A DNA stretch of 64,000 bases from Lepidodermella squamata. Its lineage: Eukaryota > Animalia > Gastrotricha. The translations under genes and the position numbers were made by a program. The notes under the pieces were generated by a model, which ran no database searches, was not told the origin of the DNA, and saw only the letters and a program-made list of their open reading frames with translations. The stretch covers positions 248,001 through 312,000 of the forward strand of contig JBLDXI010000074.1 of assembly GCA_047495785.1 (NCBI GenBank), read 5' to 3'. Within the stretch, counting starts at the first letter, position 1, and every line of letters begins with the position of its first letter. Shown in pieces: positions 24,685-37,100 of this stretch.

Positions 24685-25347
24685 TTCAAATGATTATTTA
24701 AATTAATACTAAAAGTTTATTATTATCAATTTTTTCTTGCAAAGTGTCACATTTTAAGAGGTGTTTTGGCGTATTTTTGTACAAAATGCCTAATCTCCTC
24801 CTTTCGCTCGTATAAATTTGTTCAAATTTCGCTAACTTTCACAAATGCATCATGGAATTTTTCAGTTCTTTGCGCTTGCTACTTACAAACTAATAGAAAA
24901 TCAATTCCAACTTCAATCGGCGCAAGGCTAGTAGTTTGCCCGTTTTTCTTGAAAGGCTTTACCAGCGCTTTTTCGAAGCGGATGGTATAGGATCTTAGAT
25001 CCAGCCTCCTCCATCCCTTCTCGTGGGCTCTTGCTGAACGCGATTGAAATAAACCTGATAAAGAAAGGAACTTGTGCCAAAACTATAAAATTCAATTAAT
25101 GAGACATTCATTTTTTCCGCAAATGGACTACTTTATTTCTCGTTCGACACGTGACTCATCCAGCAGCTGGGTTGGGCGATTGCATAACAATGGGGACTGA
25201 TATAAGACATAAGAAGCATCAAAGCTTGCTTTTCTCGCTCTTCAGCTATTACATGGTGACAGTCTGCAGCTTTATTTCCTAGTGATAATTTACTACAAAA
25301 TTCTCCCAAGGTATTTCTCCCAACCAAAACCAATCAACCTATTATTA

Positions 25348-25527
25348 CAGGGTGGCCAAAAAATTCCGCAGAGCGGGAATTCGCTGCGCATCAATTTAAT
25401 GAGGAGTTTTGAGAAGATTGAGAATTTTAAGCATTCTTTTGCCAATGGAACTCCTCAATTTCTTGAATCTCCTCATTAAAATGATGCGCAGCGAATTCCC
25501 GCTCTGCGGAATATTTTGGCTACCCTG
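25348..25527. mobile_element. Tc1/mariner-type hairpin MITE
   Basis: TA|CAGGGTGGCCAAAA...TTTTGGCTACCCTG|TA with near-perfect arms. Confidence 0.9.
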
Positions 25528-25573
25528 TACAAGTATTTCTGGCCTCAAATTTCAATTTCAAACCTGAATTGTC

Positions 25574-25790
25574 GGTTCTATATGTCAATTGAGCAAACGA
25601 AAATTGAGCAACGAAAATGGAGCAAGGGCTTTTGAGCAACGATATTAGAGCAAAACGACACGAGAGCAAATTTTATTTACAATGAATAACAGCTGCAATT
25701 AATTATTAAATTTGCTCTCGTGTCGTTTTGCTCTAATTTCGTCGCTCAAAAGCCCTTGCTCCATTTTCGTTTGCTCAATTGACATAGAAC
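25574..25790. mobile_element. Mutator-like MITE
   Basis: Long TIRs with GAGCAA(C)GA units; 9-bp TSD TGAATTGTC. Confidence 0.85.
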
Positions 25791-26272
25791 TGAATTGTCA
25801 GCAATCATTTTTATATGTATATTTTATTGTATGAAAATTTTCAGAATTTTCGTTGACATTATTTTGACTCACAAAATTAAAACGGAATATTCGCAATCAA
25901 TTAACGATATACCTGTGCTATTTAGGTTTTAGATTCTTTCACCATTATTTCACAAGATCAAACTTGTTCATCATTTCGTTGCTCATTTTCGTTACAGGCA
26001 TGACTGGTAAATTGAAGGCTTCGCATTCACTCACCAAGTAATTACGATCAAAGGTCCGAATTGCGTCCAAATTGCGGCCGAATTTAAGAATTGACTGAGA
26101 TTTTTAGGGATTTTCTCTGCTCTATCAAATGATTATTGAAGTCGGGGAGGGAACAACGTCGATATAAAATCTTTCTATTAGCTTCACTATTAATTTTTGC
26201 TCTTCATACATCTTCGTCTTCGTAGATAAGTATTTGTAAATTTTGATCAGATTCATCAACCAAAATAAGTGC

Positions 26273-27985
26273 ATGAAATTTTTATGCAATTACATCAGCA
26301 GCCCCTGTGGCGGGTTTGCTAGCGTTGAAATAAATGGATTCGAGCTCACGGACCGAGTGATTACTGTCAAATCTTTGATCGAAGCAGAAACGGAGATTCC
26401 AAAAGATCTGATTCAGCTCTACTACGGCAATAGAGAACTACTCGATCTTAACCAGCAACTGAACGACATTCAAGAAATCAAAAAGAGCAAAACTAAAGAA
26501 AAAGATCTATGCGCTGGACTCAGGTTTAGAACCCAAGTCGCAATTCTTGCTATTTTGCCGAATTTCGATTTCAAATTCGCGGATTTCAACGCCAAGGCAT
26601 CGATTTCGATCGGCGAATTGAGGAATGTGATTGCAGGATTTGTGAAAATGAAACCAGGCAATCAGCTGTGTCTCTTTCGAGGCGACGATTTTTTCGATCA
26701 GTTGGACGAAAATCGTACGGTTGGATTTTACAAAAATGGAAACAATTCCCTGAAAATTTCGGCGAAAATTTTCGATGCCGAATTTTTCGAGATTTCCATT
26801 CGTTTGCCGTCTAAAAATTTGCTGCCTTTGCTTGTCCAAAAAACCGATTACGTGGGAAATGTTAAAGAACGGATCTTCGATCAGGTCGGAATTCGGCTGC
26901 CGGATGCTTTGCGCAAGATCAATTTGGAGCTGAAAAATGGGTCTGTTACTATGAATAACATGGACTTCTTACTACAGCACAGTATCGAGCCCTATTGCGT
27001 GGTTACTGCTGCTATTGGAAAAGCTGAACCTTTTGAATTCAGCTTCAAGCACCCGGATCTTCCGAAAGTCTTCAAAATCCGAGAGGTTCGAATTTCGGAT
27101 CAAATTGGCGATTTGAAAAAGAAAATTGCAACAGCGACGTCGATGCCTATCACCTCGTATCGGTTGCATTTGGAATCTTCGAATGGCAAGTGGCTCAATG
27201 ATGACAGTCTAACATTGTTCGAATGTGGAATCCACGACCCTTCGACTCAAATTCACATCGCTGACAACAACGCATTCATCATTTCCAGCGAGTATTTCGG
27301 CGATTTTTTGATCAAGCCAGCCGATCTGAACCTTAAAATTGCTGGTTTGAAGTCGAAAATTACGGAATTGAAAGGCGTTCCAAGTCGTGATCAGCTGCTT
27401 TTCGTGAAGAAAGATTCGATTGATAGTTTCCCTGGAACCTTGGCTAAATTCGGTCAAGTCGGTCGGATGTCGGTTATAAGGATGAATTTGAAGAAATCAG
27501 CCAGTAATGTCGCTGTTAAGATTTCAGCCGGAGTTGGTCGAACTATTGCGAAGGTCAAAATCGACGCTGGTGCAACTGCGCAAGGCATTAAATTTGGATT
27601 ATCAAAACATTTCCCCTCGGTCAACGATTTCAGCTTATACAATTTCGCAACAAATCAGCTGATTTTTTCCGCTACCGAGTCTTATGTTTTGAATAACACG
27701 CAGGTCCGGCTTGGGCCAATGCCTCAGAAGCCTAGCCCGATGAATAAGGGTGATTACCAAATTTCTATTCGGACTCTGACTGGGAAATTGTTTTCTTTTT
27801 ACGTCAATTCCGGCGAGTTGGTTTATTCGGTGAAGGAGAAAGTTCAATCGATCGAGGGCATCCCGCCTGATTCACAGCGGCTGATTTTTGGTGGCCGCCA
27901 AATGGATGTTGGTGGTACAGTTAACGAGTATGGAATCACGAACGGAAGTTGCGTGCATTTGATTCTGAAATTGCGTGGCTGCTGA
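26273..27985 (+). CDS. Tandem ubiquitin-like domain protein, copy 3 (intact, 570 aa, about 7 UBL domains, C-terminal LKLRGC)
   Basis: Intronless ORF whose ATG is equivalent to the paralogs' MKF start. The last 76 aa align gap-free with ubiquitin (TLTGK, EGIPPD.QRLIF, HL.L.LRG). No internal LRGG. Confidence 0.88.
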   Translation: MKFLCNYISSPCGGFASVEINGFELTDRVITVKSLIEAETEIPKDLIQLYYGNRELLDLNQQLNDIQEIKKSKTKEKDLCAGLRFRTQVAILAILPNFDFKFADFNAKASISIGELRNVIAGFVKMKPGNQLCLFRGDDFFDQLDENRTVGFYKNGNNSLKISAKIFDAEFFEISIRLPSKNLLPLLVQKTDYVGNVKERIFDQVGIRLPDALRKINLELKNGSVTMNNMDFLLQHSIEPYCVVTAAIGKAEPFEFSFKHPDLPKVFKIREVRISDQIGDLKKKIATATSMPITSYRLHLESSNGKWLNDDSLTLFECGIHDPSTQIHIADNNAFIISSEYFGDFLIKPADLNLKIAGLKSKITELKGVPSRDQLLFVKKDSIDSFPGTLAKFGQVGRMSVIRMNLKKSASNVAVKISAGVGRTIAKVKIDAGATAQGIKFGLSKHFPSVNDFSLYNFATNQLIFSATESYVLNNTQVRLGPMPQKPSPMNKGDYQISIRTLTGKLFSFYVNSGELVYSVKEKVQSIEGIPPDSQRLIFGGRQMDVGGTVNEYGITNGSCVHLILKLRGC

Positions 27986-28530
27986 AAAAACCCTTCTTCT
28001 ATGTAACTTGTAACTGATTGCTTACATAAAATCTTTGTACAAGGAATATTTCTATTGTGTAATAAATGTTTAGTAGGTGTTCATTTCGCCTCAAAATCGG
28101 AATTAAAATTGAACTCAGGAATTTTTTGTTGAAGGTTGAAGGTAGTCTGAAGTATACCAGAAAAATACTCACAGAGCCAATTTAGTTTTGGACACTCAAT
28201 GACATACTCAAGAACCGCCATTTAACGGAAAATTGACACCAAATATGACGTTACTCATCTGAGTCGCATCACCATAGTAGTCGCATCGTTTCATTCTTCA
28301 GAACTGAACCTGAAAACGAATTTTACCCAAGTTGAAAAAGAAAGCAGAAAACGTCTCCTCCGAAGTTACAGTTTCCTCTGAAATTTATTTCACGCTCACC
28401 GAATAAGAAAGCAAACCAGTTGAGTCTAAAATTCGCTTTTGGGTAGCAACCTGATTATCTTTGTCATTTAGTCATATTATGTCTAATTAGGCTATTTGGT
28501 AATTGAGGTAAGATGGCACGTTGCTAATAA

Positions 28531-28647
28531 CTCGCTAGCGGCGCAGCATAAAGTTCGATTATGCGGTGATTTTCATTTCCTTGGGTTTCACGCACTGGAA
28601 AAAGTTATACCGATATACTTCACGTTATATGCTGCGTCGCTAACGAG
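28531..28647. mobile_element. Small MITE-like inverted repeat
   Basis: CTCGCTAGCGGCGCAGCATA ... TATGCTGCGTCGCTAACGAG. Confidence 0.55.
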
Positions 28648-28686
28648 CTAGGACTGAAAAGCAGGGGTAATCTGAACTAACAATCC

Positions 28687-30537
28687 CTAGTCAACATATA
28701 GTTCCAATGTCACACGTTTAAAAAGACTCGACGGAAGTCGTAAACTGTCCCGAAGGTCCTCGGAATCGCGATAATGGCCGATAAAGCGACGAACAACGAT
28801 TGCGCTGAGCTGTTCCAAGCGTAACGGTTGCTTCTGCCTATCGGCAACACACTTCGCCAATGTTTTATCCGAGGGCAATATGTCGACGAGGCATTTCAGA
28901 ATTTGATTACAGTTACCAGCTGCCACCAAAACTGCCAGTACATCTACAATGATCAAGAAATGAATGATCACAATTTTCAATAACAGTTAATGACCTTACT
29001 TTCGCTTAAATGCCCGTCGGGGCAAAGCTCACTGATCGAATCGGCGGTTAGATGGGTAAGTCCCGAGAAACGCTTCTCGTCATTTTCCGAGGATATCACA
29101 CGTGGTCGAGGGAGGTCACAGCCTGTCATTTGCAATAAGCTGACCAAAGCGTAAATTCGACCCCTCAGACTCGCGCAAGTCACTGCAAGTGAAATCTCCT
29201 CCAAAAAACGATTCGTATTGAACTTGCTGCTGCACCTCTTAACCAGTTCACTGGTCAATGATGAAGATCCAACAGAGGCTCCCAGCATAAGGGCAGAGTA
29301 ACCGTCACTTGTGCTTTGAAATGCAAATTTTTCGTCAAATTCACCGTTCTCTTCGAGCTTGTCCAGTAATCGAATGAAGTTTTCCAAATCATTGCCCGTT
29401 GCAGCGATGTGATACGGCGTAACGTTGCCTTGAATGATTTTGGAACCGCAGCACGACTGCATTAGTTCACAGGGGGCGGTCAGGCAGCAGCCTATATTGA
29501 TCGCAGAAAAAATGAGCCGTAAGCTTTGAAATCAGTAAAGACTACCTTTTTCAATTAAATACTCGACAATTTCGTTTCGTTCGAGTGCGAATGCGAAATG
29601 AATAGGACGATAGTTGCAACCAGTCAGCGCCAGTTCCACATCAGCACCGCTCCTCATCAACTGAAATGCAATATCGGAGTGATCTTTTTCTATCGCCATC
29701 AAGAGAGGCGTATAGCCCTGTTGATTCTGCGCGTCAATATCTGCTCCTTTTGAAAGCAAAAGGTCAACAGTCTTCGCGTAACCTGCAAGCGTGTATGAAT
29801 TTGAGTTTCAGCTAAGCAGAATGTAGTCAAAGTTACCTTCCTGAACAGCCATATGTAAGGGTGTAACACAATTTGCATCGGCAAGGTTCACAGTCTTGCA
29901 TGGTCTATCAGCTTTGATTAGGGCTTTCACGACGTCCTCGTGACCGTAGCAAGCTGCTAGAAACAGAGGGGTACGTTGTTGCAAGGTCAGAGCGTCGATC
30001 GGGGCGCCAGCCTTAATCAAGACTTCTACCGTCTCCAAATGACCATTGACAGCCGCCCAGTGTAAAGCACTCACCTGACAAAAAGGAGTTTAATTATGTT
30101 ATTGATGTTATGACTTTTTCGAACGTCCTCACCTTCGTTCGGTAAATAGCGCGTGAAGGGTTAGCTCCGTGGTCAATAAGCATTTGGACCATTTCCTCGT
30201 GACCTTGTCTCGCCGCTAACACCAACGCCGTGTAACCATCAGGACAGTGGACATCGACGTAGATCTTTGTTTTATCGAGTAGGTATTTCCCAATTTCGAC
30301 GTAACCACGCTGGCCGCACAGGCGGAACGCGCCGGCGATTTGTTGCATGTCCAGGGCCGCAGGTGGAGCGAGGATTCGTTCTACAACATCGAGACGGTTG
30401 CGGTTGACCGCTTCGTACAAGCTCCATTTTGCTGGATCTTCAGAAGGCTTCTGAATGCCGTAGTTCTTTGATGTGCCAGTGTGATCCGGTGAAAATACCG
30501 GGAAAGTCGGGTCGTAAAAAGGGCGGAAATCCCCCAT
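28687..30537 (-). CDS. Ankyrin repeat and SOCS box (ASB-like) protein; exons 30537-30133, 30074-29837, 29782-29546, 29491-29000, 28943-28687
   Basis: Ankyrin motifs (TALVLAARQGH, SALHWAAVNGH, TPLFLAACYGH, TPLHMAVQEG, TPLLMAIEKDH) and a C-terminal SOCS box PLRLEQLSAIVVRRFI...LRLPSSL; in-phase GT-AG introns. Confidence 0.85.
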
Positions 30538-31689
30538 TGAAAATAAGCTCCTATGTTGTAAGGAAAAACTTCATGACTGCTAAGATAGAGTTTCGATATT
30601 GGAGTGACAATATCAGCAGTAAAATAATCTGCGATGACGTTATTAGTTCGCGGGATCTATTGCCTATTCGTTGTTGTGGTGAAAACACTAACTAATAAAC
30701 TACCTACTTCTGTAAGAGCAAGAGCCTGAGCCGATCATAAGACATCGAATTGCCGACGAACGTCTCCCTTCAGCTAGTTGAACTTGAAATTTACCGTTTT
30801 TCACACGAATGGTGAGCCCTCTGGAACACTAATTTATTCGGCAAATATTTCCAAGCCAATTTCGAAAATCTCCGCTTTCAAACAACCGATTGTTGGGCTT
30901 GGCGTGTCGAGGTCACCCCTAGCGAAACCATGCTCCAATTTCAAGTTGTGAAAACCAAGGCCAGCTTCCCGTTCTACGCGGAAACCAGCAAGAGCTGCAC
31001 TTCGAAGCTGATTGCTGATTGAACATTCAGGACTTTTCTTTGAGCTGTACAAATATTATATCAAATAATGCAACATGCTTTTCAGATTATAAGGTTTGAC
31101 CGCCGTTAATCTGGGAAAATCATCACTGCAAACAAATTCTCAGTTGCTGTTATTCCTGGAAAACCGATAAGGGAATTTTTAGTAAAAAACACACGTGGAG
31201 CATCGTCACTAACCAATTTTATTTTGGTCTCATCATTTCTTCGAATTGTCGCAAGAAAAATGCCGTGAATATTTACAAAGACAAGCAAGTTTAAAAAAGC
31301 ATCAACACTAACGCAGTATAAAATTTAGACACAATCGTTTGTCAGCTTAAAATAACAGCAATAAGATGCATGCAACAGAAACAGTAAATACGGACAATTA
31401 TTATTGTAAAAACAAAAATGCATAACCGAATAAGTTCGAAGGAGCCATGCAAAGCTCCATTTTTAAATAAAACTTGAAGCAAAATATTTTCAACGGGAAG
31501 AAATCGCTGTCATGATTGAAAAAAGCGCACCTTGATTTTCGGTAAAATATTAGTTGATTAAAGCAGTTTTAAATAACGTTAAAGCAGCGGCGAAAAAGAA
31601 AGCGCGGAATATAAATAACGAGTTGTCACGTGAACCTTGAATAATACGCGAGATGGAGATTTTCCAGAATCTCATAACCCGGAAGACTG

Positions 31690-34600
31690 TCACGCCTTGA
31701 CCAGATTGGGCAATTTAATTCGTCGGGTCGCGCAAAACGTTGGCGTGAAGGGTATGCAGTTGAAATACGCACACGCCTCGCATTCGTAGACTGGGAAGAA
31801 GTAGAAAAGCAAAACAAGGGCCGTTAGAATACCAGCGGCTAGCAGGAAGCACACAAACAGGGTCGACGCTCTCGTCAATCGCTTCAACTCAACATCTGGC
31901 AGCAGCATACACGACATAATTCCGCCGAATGCGAATCCGAAAACATGCGCCCAGTTATCGATGAACGGCAGCAATCCGATTGCGAAGAGGAATACACAAA
32001 TCGCGACGATTTTCAGAACTGCAAGGCATGGGCTTTGGTAAGACGCCCGGTTGTGGTAGATATCCACGATTAGCGAGACAACCAAACAGGCGATCAGCCC
32101 GAAATGCGACCCGGTCGGGCCGGCCTCAGCGTGGTATGGCGTGAAAATGGCACTAGCCAAATTTCCGACCAACCCTGAGAGTAAGTAAATCAGGCTAATA
32201 CGCAACCACCCGGCGTATTTCTCCAAATGCCGCATAATGGTCATTTGAAACGCGATTGAAATAATGAGATGTAACACCCCGGCGTGTAGGAATAAAGACG
32301 TCCAAAGCCGGTAGAACTGGTCGGGTCTCGTATCGTCTGCAAATGGGATCATGCCGCAAACATCTCCGAGGCAAGATACTTGCGAGCATAGGAAAGCCTC
32401 CTGGTGGAAGTAGCCGTTCTGAAATTCGCAGTATTCGCGGGTTGTCAGGATGCATTGGCCCACCAGACCAACGCAGCACGGCCGGCCAATAATGTCACAG
32501 TGCATGTGTAGAACGTCTTTCGGAATTTCAGCCGATGGAACTTGAGATCGACAGATCTAAAATGAAAACAGATATATTAGCTAATTTGTCAACTTCAGTA
32601 CCTATTAGGGCCTTAACCATTCTTAATTGCTAGATTTTAATAATAGTTATGCTTCAGATGATTTACGAAACTTTTTTGCTCAGCTGCAGTGCGACTGCTA
32701 ATAATCGTCACCAGTGTTTCCACTGCATACGACTACTACGCTTATGTCAATTGGCATACAACTAGCACCGCCCTGAGCTTCATACTCTTACTTCATAGCG
32801 AAACAATATCCGAAAAATCTAAATAGATGGATCTCTTGATTACTGTATACGTCGTAATTTTCGTTGTGACTTTATTTTCGTTTTTGGCGATTCTCCATCG
32901 ATAATTTAATTTTCGTTGCTTTCATTTTCGTTGGCCCAGATTTCACCGAAAATTTGAACCCAGCGAAAATTAAAGCCTAATGAAAATTTGGAGCAATGAA
33001 ATATGCCTTTTTACGAATTTTAACGCCGTTACGGTTGTTTTCGTGCGGACAGATGTGAAAAAGGTAGTATTCTTTCTTCGATAGTTTAACGGGCTGAGAG
33101 GCTGAAAGGCAAGGGTGTAATTCTCAATGCTGCAGCTTTTGGAAAGAAGAGCGGAAGGCCAACGAATCTCCCCAAGGTACTAGATGACATGTTGATTTCT
33201 TATTTGGAAAAACTAAGGGCCAATGGTAAGTTGGTTACAATTTTACGTCAAAAGTTGAAATAATTAAGTATCTTCTTCAAGGTGGAATAGTGAACAATGT
33301 GATAGCCGTATGCGTTGGAAAGGCTGTTTTGAAAAAGCACAACCCCGAGTTGAGCAAGTCACTGAATCTGAATCGTTATTGGGCTCGTAGTCTGTTACCC
33401 GTGTTACCCGTGTACTCATTGATTGACTGAAATTTAACTTGCTTGAAACTTCTAGCGTTTCGAAACTGGTTTCAGTGGTTTTTAGTTAAATAACATAGGA
33501 ATAAAATTTCGTTGCATTAATTTTCGTTATTTTACTCGAAACCACGAAAATATAGCCCTTAACGAAAATTAAGTCACAACGAAAAATAAGACGTATACAG
33601 TATCTATTTTCGCAATCTACGTCCATTCTAGCATATGCATGGTCTAGGATCCAGGACGCGTCATGTGGTGTATACCACGCGTCATGTGGTGATCCCAAAC
33701 CTCGCCATTTTTGACCAGTCAATCGAATTCCAATGGGTGGACACAAACTACCTCACTTCTGATTTTGACGATTGCTTGAATTTCGCCGGATTCGTGGTCG
33801 ACAGCAAAGCAGATAAAACGAAGAAGGTAATCCCCTTTACTACATGCTCATTCAAGCCAACCTCTGTCTTTTCTATAAAATCGTCCAACTGCTGCTGTGA
33901 GAAGCGCCGAACATCGTCTATTTAATGTTGATTCAATCTCAAATTGAACGCGATAAGACGCGATTAATTGATGCCTCGAATGATGACAAGAGAACCACCG
34001 ATATCTCAACATGGACTAAACCACTACAACCTTTGTATGATATTATTAAGAGACAAAAAACGATAGCCTTCAAAGAAGGTAAAAATCTAAAAAATAGCTA
34101 CTGTCGCTCCTTAAATACCGTAAATACTTCTATTGAACCTTTTTTAAACTAAATCGGCTAACATTGCTATCGCATGATCCATCAAGACAGGAAGGGTAGT
34201 GGCTTTGTAGTCTATGTGAAGAACTATCGAGAAATCCTGGCGTTGTTTTCTAGGGCAAACCTTCGCGACATAGAAAAACTTTCATGAGGAGAAGCTAATT
34301 GTGCAAACGACGTAAACGTCGGACGAGTGGATCAAAGAACCAAAAGAATAAAAAAATCAAGAATCAAAAGAACTTTCTTTTGAGAAAAGAAATTTGAAAT
34401 TTCTTACAATTGAATTCAACGAGACGTTGCACCACCTGCTCTGACTGAACGAGTTCCGAGAGAGCGGCGTTTACCTATGAAATATGGTTATGACGCAAAC
34501 TTAGGACGAGTGGATCATTTCGATCGACGTTGGTGTCGACGATAGTCCCCAGGTCTAAATCACTCAAAGATACCGCGTAATCACTTGTAAAATCCATCTA

Positions 34601-37100
34601 AACACATCTTTCGATTTCGTTAAAATGGCTTTCAAAATGTATAAGTTAAGTGAAAAAAACGTGGAAAAAACGGCGAAAGAAGCAGCGATATAAGCCCCGA
34701 TCGAAGCATCAATTCATCGAAAAAATAGAAGACAGTACCTTATAATTCGGTAACTAAGCTCCACGAACTGTCTCATCCTTTTCATTAGCTATCCATCTCA
34801 TTATCTTAATTGCTGTCACTCTCTACGAGAATCATGGGGCATTGGAATATGCCCATTTATCGACGTAACGCGTAACGTGAGGCCGACCTTATTGAGAGAT
34901 ACCATGGTGCCCTCGAAGCGGGCGTCTGTTAAGCTAGTGATACTTAATCATTTTCTCTAATAAATTTTGGCCTATATTTGAGCTCTCAAAAATTTAGCCG
35001 GCCGAAACAGATATTAAGGCTGCCAATTTCGTTAAATTTCAATCGTCAAATGCGAAAATATTCTTACCGGCCATCTTGTGATTTCGGCCGACCATGTGAA
35101 AGGCGCAACAGAAGCTGGATCCAGGCAGTACTCCGGGTCAAGCCCGCAGACCGGTCCCTTCGTAAAATTCGACACGTGCGAACTCGGCATGCCAACAGCT
35201 GACGAGTAAGATCGCGAAGGCAAGGAACTCGGCCACCTTAACCAAGTCGACAGCGCATCGGCGCAGTATGTTTTCGTGCTCTGAATGCAACCGGTGCGAT
35301 CGTTTCGAATGCAGCACCCCGACTCTTCCTCAGACGCCCGTTCACTCTCGATAAATGCCTGGATATTCGAATCACGACGCATGCACGGCGCGTATCTAGC
35401 GCCTAAATGGACTAACGAAGCTTGAGACGGGCCGATCCATAAATTTTCAGGTTCGGCCCTGGAAACAAGTTGCGGCACGCCCCATTCTCGCATGACATTT
35501 TCCTGGGTAGTCCGAGTATCCACCCCGATCGGAGCTATCCCGTAACTAATGACTGAGAACAGGAAAATCGCGATATGGACCACGGTTATCCAATACGTGA
35601 AAAACGCCCGATTATCCAGGGTCGTGCTGTCGAAGGTCGACAATTTTTTCGAGTTTTTTGACGTTTTCTTGTCATTCCTCGGATATTGACTCGCGCGACT
35701 AGTCGGCCGAGGTGGTGACAGCGGCATTTCATCCCGCCCTAAAACTCGGGCAATAACTCGGAACGGTAACGAAGAATGTTCAGATTTTTCGACGACAGCG
35801 GAGAAAAACCCGTCCGCCACATCAGCCGCGCCCTCCAAACTCGCCATTTTCGGCACCATATCAGGGTCGTCGAATACCTGTGGTATCGATTGGTTCGACC
35901 GGGTGACGAAAATCGAAACCGCCGTATCAGCCTCGTCACTAGTTGTCGGTATTGACGAGGTCGATGAGCCAACCTCGGTAATCGCGCTTAAATGAGAGTA
36001 GCGGGAAAGCGCGGTTACGCCCGGTTGGACATGGTCAAACAACCCCCGCGTGACAAAATAATTCCGGGGTAGGTCGTAGAATGAGTCGATGACCAAATCT
36101 TCGGCCGATGCTGATAACGGAGGCGCTTCTTCCATATAAGGCGAGAGTTCTTGCCTTTGAGATGGCGCGGCGAGTTTCACGGTGGCTAGAACCGGCGCTT
36201 GGTCCGGCTGGTCCAAGGTTTCTGGAATTTCGGGTATAGACGCGAATTCGGAAGATCTGAATTCGTGGTGATGATGATCAGAGTCTGGCGTTTGAGTGTA
36301 AAATGACACCGGCATCTGGCTGGCTGTCATCGGCGTTTCGAGGAAAGACCCGGGCGTGGGCGGTTCGACCGGGGACGGCAATACTTCGGCATCCTGCACA
36401 ATCGACCAGCATCGAGACGAAGGACGGTGGCGCTGAAAGAAAAATGGATATAAACTACCAAAAACAGAATTTTCCAACTTACAAGGCCTCCATTTCTCAA
36501 CGCGCTAAAAGCCATGGTAGATAAGCTATCCCTTCGCCTAATATCCATCGAACCCCGCCTCCTGTATGCGTACGAGGACGTTGAGACCACACTAGTAGGC
36601 GTCTGTCCCTCTTGTTGCGTGGGTCTCTGTAAAAAGGCAGGCCGTTGCGGGGTCGCGCCTTGAATCACAACCAGCGGCAAATCCCCCGGCGGGACAGGTT
36701 GAGGCGGTTGGGATACTGATAACGCGGCTGCGAGTTCGCTTTCAAGCTGAGGCGGGGCGGTTCGGGCGAACATTAGCGGCATGGTCGGCACCCGTCCGGC
36801 GCCTGTTGTGTACGCTCTGGTTACCGGCAAACTCCTCGGCCGGCCTGAGGACGGGGTTTCAGCCGCGAAATCGACTGTATCCCCACCGACGCCGCCGGTT
36901 ATATCGGCAGGCTGGCGGGCGCTGCCGAACCGCCGCCTTAATAACTCGGCTCTTCGCAGCTTCCACTCCTCGGTCTGAGCGGTTGGGTTGAGGCCGAAAA
37001 ACGAGGCCGTCGCTTCTGCGGCCGCTCGGACCGCCGAAGAATAGCGCTTTCGAATCGCGCTCTGTTGCCGCTGGGTTGTATGCGGCGGGCCTCCGTCCAT
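31690..37100 (-). CDS. RHBDF: Inactive rhomboid protein (iRhom); exons 37100-36483, 36432-35068, 32556-31690
   Basis: Long cytosolic N-terminus, FFTYWITVVH TM1, Cys-rich iRhom homology loop (NLWIGP, GCCIRNDRTGCIQ, GPVCGLDPEYC), PDQFYRLWTSLFLHAG, and pseudo-catalytic GPTG. Confidence 0.93.
32843..33600 (+). mobile_element. Internally deleted pogo-like transposon in iRhom intron
   Basis: TA|CTGTATACGTC ... GACGTATACAG|TA. Internal 33140-33400 reads GRPTNLPKVLDDMLISYLEKLRANG|intron|GIVNNVIAVCVGKAVL...LNRYWARSLL, resembling a CENP-B-type HTH. Confidence 0.8.

Noticed and set aside
26273-27985. Calling the multi-UBL genes canonical polyubiquitin
   Set aside because: Repeats are highly divergent and lack LRGG cleavage sites.
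34160-34230. Possible LINE endonuclease remnant (DRKGSGFVVYVK)
   Set aside because: Too short and degenerate to call.
34770-34945. Possible structured RNA in the iRhom intron (GGGCAT...ATGCCC hairpin)
   Set aside because: No match to ribozyme, snRNA or snoRNA motifs that I can verify; needs an Infernal/Rfam search.
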